Assembly (NCBI GenBank): GCA_030693065.1
Contig: JAUYBL010000007.1
Span: 16,710-80,709 of the forward strand
DNA length: 64,000 nt
From: Methylococcaceae bacterium
GTDB taxonomy: Bacteria; Pseudomonadota; Gammaproteobacteria; Methylococcales; Methylomonadaceae
Direction of reading: 5' to 3'
In this document: in pieces, positions 58,130 through 64,000 of the stretch
Numbering within the stretch: position 1 is the stretch's first letter
How the letters are laid out: each line of letters begins with the position of its first letter
The notes under the pieces: model-generated
Database searches by the model: none
What the model was told of the DNA's origin: nothing
Seen by the model: only the letters and a program-made list of their open reading frames with translations
Program-made: the position numbers and the translations under genes

Positions 58130-59654
58130 TAAAAAAACCGTAGTATTCGATGGCCAGCCGTTGACCATTGAAGACATTTGCCGGATTGCCCACCAACACG
58201 CGCAAGTTGAGTTAAGCCCGCAGCCGGAATTTATCGAGCGTATCGACAAAGGCGCGCGCTTTATCGATACCTTGTTAAAAGAACAAGGCTTTGTCTATGG
58301 CGTAACGACCGGTTATGGCGACTCCTGCACCGTTTCCATCCCGCTCAACCTGGTCGAACAACTGCCCAAACAGCTCTACACCTTCCACGGTTGCGGGCTG
58401 GGCGATCATTTTGATGCTGAGCAAACCAGGGCCATTTTGGCAGTGCGTTTAACCAGTCTGGCGCGCGGTTTTTCCGGTGTACGCTATCGCTTATTACAGC
58501 AGCTGGCTGAATGTTTAAAGCAGAACATCCTGCCGTTGATCCCGCAGGAAGGTTCAGTCGGCGCCAGCGGCGATTTAACGCCGTTGTCTTATGTCGCAGC
58601 GGTGCTGGCGGGTGAACGAGACGTTTTGTATCAGGGCGAGCGCCAAGCCACGCAAACTGTGTTTGCCGCGCTGAATATTGAGCCGCTTACCTTAAAACCC
58701 AAAGAAGGCTTGGCGATTATGAACGGCACCGCCGCAATGACCGGCATCGCCTGCCTGGCCTATCAACGCGCCGAGTATTTATCGCAACTGACCACACGCA
58801 TCACCAGCTTGGCGTCGGTCGCTTTAAACGGCAACGCCTACCACTTTGACGAAAAACTGTTTTCAGTCAAACCGCATCCAGGCCAAAATCGCGTCGCGGA
58901 ACGATTGCGTGCCGATTTGCAATTGCAAGACAGCGCGCCGCGCAACGACACCCGCTTGCAAGATCGTTATTCCCTGCGTTGTGCGCCGCATGTCATCGGT
59001 GTGCTGGAAGATTCATTGCCCTGGCTGCGGCAGTTTATCGAAAACGAATTAAACAGCGCCAACGACAATCCCATCATCGATGCCGAAGGCGAACACGTTT
59101 TACATGGCGGCCATTTTTACGGCGGCCACATTGCCTTTGCGATGGACTCTCTTAAAACGGCCGTGGCGAATTTAGCCGATTTAATGGACCGGCAAATGGC
59201 GCAACTAATGGACCCCAAATTCAACCACGGCCTGCCCGCCAATCTGTCCGGCGCCAGCGGCGAACAAGCTTTGTTGAACCACGGCTTCAAAGCCCTGCAA
59301 ATCGCCGTCTCCGCCTGGACCGCAGAAGCCCTAAAACTGACCATGCCCGCCAGCGTGTTCTCCCGCTCCACCGAATGCCACAACCAAGACAAAGTCAGTA
59401 TGGGCACTATTGCGGCTAGAGATTGCATTCGTATTCTGGAGTTGACCGAACAGGTGGCGGTGGCGGTGTTGTTTGCTGTGATTCAGGGCGTTGAGTTGCG
59501 AGGCAATGTAGAGGCGTTGAGTCCGGCATTGCAAAATACTGTTAAGCAACTGCGACTACATAGTCCGTTTTTGAGCACTGACCGGGCATTGGAGCAAGAG
59601 CTACGGGGGTGTTTGGAGATGACACGAAAACAATATTGGGAACTGTATGATTAA
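58122..59654 (+). CDS. Aromatic amino acid ammonia-lyase (HAL/PAL/TAL family, MIO-dependent).
   Basis: The MIO-forming triad Ala-Ser-Gly in GSVGASGDLTPLSYVAA, plus the conserved ..NDNP.. and ..HGG.F.. blocks. Confidence 0.8.
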   Translation: MSDKKTVVFDGQPLTIEDICRIAHQHAQVELSPQPEFIERIDKGARFIDTLLKEQGFVYGVTTGYGDSCTVSIPLNLVEQLPKQLYTFHGCGLGDHFDAEQTRAILAVRLTSLARGFSGVRYRLLQQLAECLKQNILPLIPQEGSVGASGDLTPLSYVAAVLAGERDVLYQGERQATQTVFAALNIEPLTLKPKEGLAIMNGTAAMTGIACLAYQRAEYLSQLTTRITSLASVALNGNAYHFDEKLFSVKPHPGQNRVAERLRADLQLQDSAPRNDTRLQDRYSLRCAPHVIGVLEDSLPWLRQFIENELNSANDNPIIDAEGEHVLHGGHFYGGHIAFAMDSLKTAVANLADLMDRQMAQLMDPKFNHGLPANLSGASGEQALLNHGFKALQIAVSAWTAEALKLTMPASVFSRSTECHNQDKVSMGTIAARDCIRILELTEQVAVAVLFAVIQGVELRGNVEALSPALQNTVKQLRLHSPFLSTDRALEQELRGCLEMTRKQYWELYD

Positions 59655-59659
59655 CATCA

Positions 59660-59745
59660 GTTCCTCGTTCAACTTCTCGTTCCCATGCGCCGCGTACCCT
59701 CTGGGGCATAAATGGGAATGCTTAACAGGCGCGCTGCGCCCCGAG
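59660..59745. repeat. REP element (degenerate GTTCCCA..GCG..TGGGAA palindrome plus GGCGCGCTGCGCC palindrome) on the 5' side of the RAYT gene.
   Basis: Palindromes read directly; related copies at 60297..60343 and 60768..60816. Confidence 0.55.
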
Positions 59746-59754
59746 TACTAAACA

Positions 59755-60291
59755 ATGGGTCGCAGCCGCTACCGAATTTACGACGGACAAGCCCCACATT
59801 TTTTAACCTGCACCGTGTTGAACTGGATACCGCTGTTTACTCGCCCACAAACCGCTGGCATCATTCTGGATGCGCTACGACACAGGCAAGAAGAACTAGG
59901 CTGGAAAATATACGGCTACGTCATCCTGGAAAATCACCTGCATTTAATTGTACAAGCAGAAAACCTGGCTTTGGAATTGCCGCGCTTTAAATCCTACACG
60001 GCTCGCCAACTGATCGACCATCTGAAAGAATGCGGCGCCGAGCGATTACTGCAACAACTGGCGTTTTTCCGCAAGGATCACAAACGTGATCGAGATTATC
60101 AATGCTGGGAAGAAGGATCGCACCCGCAGCTTATTGAAAATGAACAGGTGCTTCAGCAGAAACTCGAGTATATCCACCAAAACCCGGTAAAACGGGGTTA
60201 TGTAGATGATCCTACGCATTGGAGATATTCCAGCGCTAGGGATTACTCCGGGCAAACTGGGTTGATTTCCGTTTATAAGAGTTGGTTGTGA
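59755..60291 (+). mobile_element. REP-associated tyrosine transposase (RAYT; IS200/IS605-like Y1 HuH transposase).
   Basis: 178 aa with the HuH motif (ENHLHLIV) and a catalytic Tyr block (LEYIHQNPVKRGY). Flanked on both sides by REP palindromes. Confidence 0.75.
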
Positions 60292-60296
60292 TTCTT

Positions 60297-60343
60297 GGCG
60301 CAGCGCGCCTTAAATGCATTCCCACGCCGCGCGTGGGAACGAG
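60297..60343. repeat. REP element (GGCGCAGCGCGCC plus TTCCCACGCCGCGCGTGGGAA) on the 3' side of the RAYT gene.
   Basis: Perfect palindromes read directly. Confidence 0.6.
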
Positions 60344-60388
60344 ATACTAAAAATTTTTGTATATTTTCTAATACCTACGGATACCTAA

Positions 60389-60742
60389 ATGAAATCAGCA
60401 ATCACAATCGCGGCAGCACTTATCCTGACAGCCTGTTCCAACTCATCAGGCGTCGTTAAAATAGGTCCAGACACTTTTACGATATCAACATCTGCATCCC
60501 CGGGGAAAGGAGGTGTTCCCGCAGCAAAACGAATTGCTTACCAAGAAGCAGCAGAAGAATGCTCGCACCGTGGTGATTTAGAGGTCTTCACCCTAAGCGA
60601 AAAGACTTCCTCCCCGACATGGACGGAAGGTATGGCCAGTATGGAACTGAACTTTCGCTGTCTGCGCTTTAACGATCCTGAATTCCAACGTCAACGGTTG
60701 CAGAGTTCGCCTGACCAAATTATTGAGAATCGTCAGCGATGA
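60389..60742 (+). CDS. Small lipoprotein of unknown function.
   Basis: Lipobox (AALILTAC), 117 aa, sandwiched between two REP elements. Confidence 0.45.
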   Translation: MKSAITIAAALILTACSNSSGVVKIGPDTFTISTSASPGKGGVPAAKRIAYQEAAEECSHRGDLEVFTLSEKTSSPTWTEGMASMELNFRCLRFNDPEFQRQRLQSSPDQIIENRQR

Positions 60743-60767
60743 ACATCACAGATATGACTAAAGATTA

Positions 60768-60816
60768 TCCTCGTTCCCACGCGCTGCGTGGGAATGCAGT
60801 CAAGGCGCGCTGCGCC
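60768..60816. repeat. REP element (GTTCCCACGCGCTGCGTGGGAATG plus GGCGCGCTGCGCC).
   Basis: Perfect palindromes read directly, immediately upstream of the thioesterase relic. Confidence 0.6.
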
Positions 60817-60831
60817 AAGTAACTAAAAACA

Positions 60832-61119
60832 ATGACCACACCACCATCGACTTAGAAATCCCCTTCCATGATGTCGACATGATGGAGATCGTCTGGCATG
60901 GGTATACTGGAAACCATCTATTACAACTACCCGCAAATGCGTGACTCCGGTTACGCGTGGCCAGTATTTGATCTTAGAGTTCGCTACACTAAACCGGTAA
61001 TGTTTAGACAAATCATTACCGTCAGGGCAGAAAACGTTGAATGTGAAAATCTCTTGAAATTAAATCGCCTAATTTATAGCTCCCACGCCCCTAATTGTCG
61101 TGCATGGTATTTTAGATAA
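60832..61119 (+). pseudogene. 4-hydroxybenzoyl-CoA-thioesterase-like (YbgC-type hot-dog) gene disrupted by two frameshifts.
   Basis: Start-frame ATG 60832 (MTT.) runs into a stop. The middle segment in the +2 frame reads IPFHDVDMMEIVWH (the hot-dog thioesterase catalytic N-terminal block). The 3' segment returns to the start frame (GILETIYYNY..YAWPVFDLRVRYTKPV..ITVRAENV) and matches the rest of the fold. Confidence 0.45.
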
Positions 61120-61176
61120 TGATAGCCTGTCGACACTAACCAATATCGGCTTTTTACTCCCTAATCAGTTAATCTC

Positions 61177-61344
61177 ATGTTTCGACTCAGCCAATACATG
61201 CGCGAGCTTATCGCGCCTACCTCAATCAAACCAGCACGTAAACCTGCGGCGCCTGTAGTGATTTGGAATTTGATTCGCCGCTGCAACCTTACCTGCAAGC
61301 ATTGTTACACCACCTCCGCAGACAAAGATTTTCCCGCGAGTTGA
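61177..61344 (+). pseudogene. N-terminal 55-codon stub of a radical-SAM enzyme.
   Basis: ..[25 protein letters not shown].. contains the CxxxCxxC cluster-binding motif, then a stop; no continuation in any frame. Confidence 0.4.
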
Positions 61345-61374
61345 CCACGCCACGGTGATGGATGACTTAAAGGC

Positions 61375-61500
61375 TTGGCAAAAGACCGTCAAGCAACTGT
61401 GCGAGCATAATGCTTATTTGAATACTGATCGGGCATTGGAGCAGGAATCACTATGTTGTTTGGAGCTGACCAGGAAACAGCATTGGAATTTGTATGAGTA
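61375..61500 (+). pseudogene. 3'-terminal fragment of a second ammonia-lyase (HAL/TAL) paralog.
   Basis: 61381-61500 aligns at about 75% nucleotide identity to the last 120 nt of the lyase gene (59535-59654). Translation ..KTVKQLCEHNAYLNTDRALEQESLCCLELTRKQHWNLYE* versus ..NTVKQLRLHSPFLSTDRALEQELRGCLEMTRKQYWELYD*. Confidence 0.5.
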
Positions 61501-61560
61501 GAACCAGAACGTCTCGATTCCACATCAATAGGCGCATAACAGTCAAATAGACGGCAAACT

Positions 61561-61772
61561 TAAAAAGTGTCAGATTTTTTTACACCTTGGAAAACTGTTG
61601 ATTTCTTCAATTTCTAACGTGTGAAAGCTTTAAGGCTATTTAGGATAAGTCTTACAAATTTAACTCAGCGGCTAACTCAATCTGTCTTCCGCTTTCTTTT
61701 TCTCATTGCTTGTAAAGAAAAAAGGATAAATTCCTAGACACAAAGGTAAAAAGTGTCGGATTTCTTTACAAC
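61561..61772. promoter_or_regulatory. Two about 26-bp direct repeats (TAAAAAGTGTCAGATTTTTTTACACC at 61561-61586; TAAAAAGTGTCGGATTTCTTTACAACC at 61747-61772), candidate upstream activator sites for the sigma-54 promoter below.
   Basis: Read directly; separated by 186 bp, the distal one about 70 bp upstream of the -24 element. Confidence 0.35.
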
Positions 61773-61833
61773 CCTTACCATGCACTCTCCTCAAAAAACA
61801 AATAAGCCATTGAATAAAAACAATTTATTTTTA

Positions 61834-61849
61834 TGGCATTGCCTTTGCT
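61834..61849 (+). promoter_or_regulatory. Sigma-54 promoter (TGGCATtgcctTTGCT) upstream of the PEP-CTERM protein gene.
   Basis: Matches TGGCAC-N5-TTGCW with correct GG-N10-GC spacing, about 200 nt upstream of the ATG at 62052. Confidence 0.45.
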
Positions 61850-62051
61850 TATATTTTTACAGTAGCCCAAATTATCGGCTACAGACTAAAAATAAATCGA
61901 AATAAGATTTTCGAGGTTGCTATAGGTATTCATACGAATATGTTTACCTTATATTTTTAATCAAAATAATAAGGGTGGACTTATTTACTATGTGCTCATT
62001 TAATTAATTTGAGGATAGGGAGTATTTTCATTTTAAATACTTACGGAGAAC

Positions 62052-62870
62052 ATGATGAAAAAAAAATATTTTGAAAAAACGCTATTAGCTGGTTTGCTTA
62101 TGACCAGCGGTTCGGCGTTTGCTCTTCCAGCGTTACAATTAGATATTAGTGGCGGTACCTATGATTTAAGCTCTGAAACGATTGTTAAAAGCGGCTCATC
62201 TTTTGATGTTTACGCTTTTGCGACACCACAAGGAAATCTTAGTTCGAGCGAAATAAAAGGTACCCAATACTACCTTTCCGCTGCTTTAACCGGGCCGAAC
62301 GGTTTGGTTCCTCAGCAAGGTCAGAACCTGGGTAGTTTTTCTTACACTATTGGATCAATAACCACTGCAGTTAATGTAACATCAGGTTTAGTATTTGGAA
62401 CACCACCATTGGATGAGTTTTTCCAAAATGCATCTAATGTTTTTGATAATGGGGATTTAAGTAAACACTCAATTTTTCCTACATATTTCAAACAAATCGC
62501 TCTTGATCCTTTTACGGACAGCCAACAGATAGTAGGTTACAACACAGCCACTAGACCTGGCGGGCCTTTAACTACAGATGCAGGCACTGGCACGTTTTAT
62601 CAAAAAATAAGTTTTAACCTAGCGGGACTAGCTTCCGGATATGATTTACATTGGGATTTATATTCAACTAAAGTTGCTACGAACTCTAGTGATGTAAATA
62701 TAAATGACTTTGCACCATATTCCCATGATGCTGAAAGTATTCGGGATAACAATCCACCACCACCTCCACCCGATGAAAATGTTCCAGAACCTACAGCGCT
62801 TTGGATGTTGGGCTTAGGATTACTGGGCTTAGCGGGCTTTAAACGTAAACAATCTAAATTAGCTGCTTAA
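62052..62870 (+). CDS. PEP-CTERM-sorted secreted protein (exosortase substrate).
   Basis: N-terminal signal peptide. The C-terminus is ..PPPPPPDENVPEPTALWMLGLGLLGLAGFKRKQSKLAA: a Pro-rich spacer, VPEP motif, TM helix and basic tail, the canonical PEP-CTERM domain. Confidence 0.75.
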   Translation: MMKKKYFEKTLLAGLLMTSGSAFALPALQLDISGGTYDLSSETIVKSGSSFDVYAFATPQGNLSSSEIKGTQYYLSAALTGPNGLVPQQGQNLGSFSYTIGSITTAVNVTSGLVFGTPPLDEFFQNASNVFDNGDLSKHSIFPTYFKQIALDPFTDSQQIVGYNTATRPGGPLTTDAGTGTFYQKISFNLAGLASGYDLHWDLYSTKVATNSSDVNINDFAPYSHDAESIRDNNPPPPPPDENVPEPTALWMLGLGLLGLAGFKRKQSKLAA

Positions 62871-62890
62871 TTTCAGGCTGTTTACGTAAT

Positions 62891-62919
62891 AAAAAGGGCG
62901 CTTTATGCGCCCTTTTTTG
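62891..62919. terminator. Bidirectional rho-independent terminator between convergent genes.
   Basis: AAAAAGGGCGC-tttat-GCGCCCTTTTTTG. Confidence 0.7.
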
Positions 62920-62969
62920 TGCCACTTAAATCGTTAGTAGGAGTGGGTAGGGCCAGCTCCTACCTATTA

Positions 62970-64000
62970 TTAGAAATTAATCGCTTTGCTAGCTCCCAAC
63001 GAATTCCCTGCTTTATCAAACGCTTGTACTGTATAAGTATAAGTGCCTTTGCTGCTGGGTTTGTCGTTATATTTAAGGCTAGTAGTGCTGCTGATTTTAG
63101 TACCGTTACGGCTAATATCGTAATGGTCAACGCCTGAGCCTGCATCTGTTGATGCACTCCATGATAGAGCGATTTGGGTTTTTTTAACTACTAGGGCTGA
63201 CAAGTTACCGGGAGCCGTAGGTGCGGTACCATCAACAATCACACTAGCTGATGCGCTGGCATTGTTATGACCGTTGGCTGTTACAGTAACTGATTTGCTG
63301 TAAGTACCATCTGTTGTTGGTGCGGTTAATGTCCAGGTAGCAGTTGCACTACCCGCAGGATTTAATGCATACGACCCAATAATGCCGCCGTCACTGTTAG
63401 TTAAGGTAAAGGTGGTCGCGTTGCAAACTGATGAATCGTTATTGGTCAGCGAAACATTGAAAGAGATGGTCGCCCCGGTTTTACTGTAAATAGAGCTAGG
63501 CGTTAATGCCACAGCAGGTGCGGCACTGGTGCAAACGGCTTGTGCGGCGGTAGCTGCTGAGCCGATATTAGAATACACAGAGTTACCGTTACTGTTATAG
63601 GTACGGACGCGGTATTGATATGTGGTTGCCGCCACCAATCCGCTATCGCTAAAGCTGGTGATATTACTATTTGTAACAGCAATTTCTGACCAGTTAATAC
63701 CATCAGCTGAACGCTCTAGTCTAAAGCCGGTCTCATCATTGGCATTATCCGTCCAGGCTATATTGATTTGGCTGACAGATAGTGCAACAGCTGTTAAGTT
63801 GCTGGGGGCATTGGGCACTGCAGTTGATACTGTTGCCCTGAATGCGGCAACAATGCCTTTATTGTTATTCATCGACAAGGCGTTATTTTCTGTCGCTGTA
63901 CCGGTCACTTCGCCTGTAGACAAACTGACATTTGGGTTTGAGAAATAGCTGATTCTGTTAGCACCGGTGCAAGCGTAAGACATAACGGTTCTAAAACCGG
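62970..64000 (-). CDS. C-terminal part of a large secreted surface protein with multiple FN3 (and Ig-like) repeats; the gene continues beyond the window end.
   Basis: FN3 units (PNAPSNLTAVALSVSQINIAWTDNANDETGFRLERS..YQYRVRTYNSNGNS; PTAPGNLSALVVKKTQIALSWSAS..YTYTVQAFDKAGNS) and a Ser/Thr/Ala-rich Ig-like middle region. The ORF is open to the window edge. Confidence 0.6.
   Translation of the reverse strand, partial: GFRTVMSYACTGANRISYFSNPNVSLSTGEVTGTATENNALSMNNNKGIVAAFRATVSTAVPNAPSNLTAVALSVSQINIAWTDNANDETGFRLERSADGINWSEIAVTNSNITSFSDSGLVAATTYQYRVRTYNSNGNSVYSNIGSAATAAQAVCTSAAPAVALTPSSIYSKTGATISFNVSLTNNDSSVCNATTFTLTNSDGGIIGSYALNPAGSATATWTLTAPTTDGTYSKSVTVTANGHNNASASASVIVDGTAPTAPGNLSALVVKKTQIALSWSASTDAGSGVDHYDISRNGTKISSTTSLKYNDKPSSKGTYTYTVQAFDKAGNSLGASKAINF

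Overview
This 64 kb window is a chromosomal segment from what looks like a gammaproteobacterium, roughly 48% GC. Housekeeping genes run through it: the 3' end of metH, msrQP, a RIO kinase, rimO, cmoB, hemB, aroE, lptFG, pepA, holC, valS, pilBCD-coaE-zapD-yacG and tRNA-Asp. Three accessory regions sit among them.

1. About 7.2-20.3 kb is a synthase-dependent exopolysaccharide locus. It holds wecB, a processive membrane GT2 synthase, a membrane-anchored bactofilin-domain protein, a secreted putative hydrolase with two FN3 domains, two paralogous secreted CE4-like (PgaB-like H-x4-H) putative deacetylases, a YaiO-like outer-membrane barrel and a polytopic membrane protein. A perfect sigma-54 promoter precedes its second half, and a sigma-54 enhancer-binding protein is encoded at 1.6 kb. 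I regard this locus as the most likely new system here.

2. About 39.2-43.1 kb is a decaying type III restriction-modification locus. The res gene is intact, mod is cut to 114 codons, REP palindromes sit in the gap, and a DUF2281/YafQ toxin-antitoxin pair lies immediately upstream of valS.

3. About 52.2-61.5 kb is a partial aryl-polyene-type gene cluster starting right after tRNA-Asp. It has a CLF-like ketosynthase-like gene, acyltransferases, two ACPs, an adenylating enzyme, a GT2 and an ammonia-lyase. It is interrupted by a REP-associated tyrosine transposase with flanking REPs, a frameshifted thioesterase, a radical-SAM stub and a fragment of an ammonia-lyase paralog. A sigma-54-driven PEP-CTERM protein gene and a large FN3-repeat surface protein follow.

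Two inverted copies of a 92-bp MITE-like element lie at the lptG 3' end and between pilC and pilD. All functional calls are inferred from motifs read in the ORF translations; no database searches were run.
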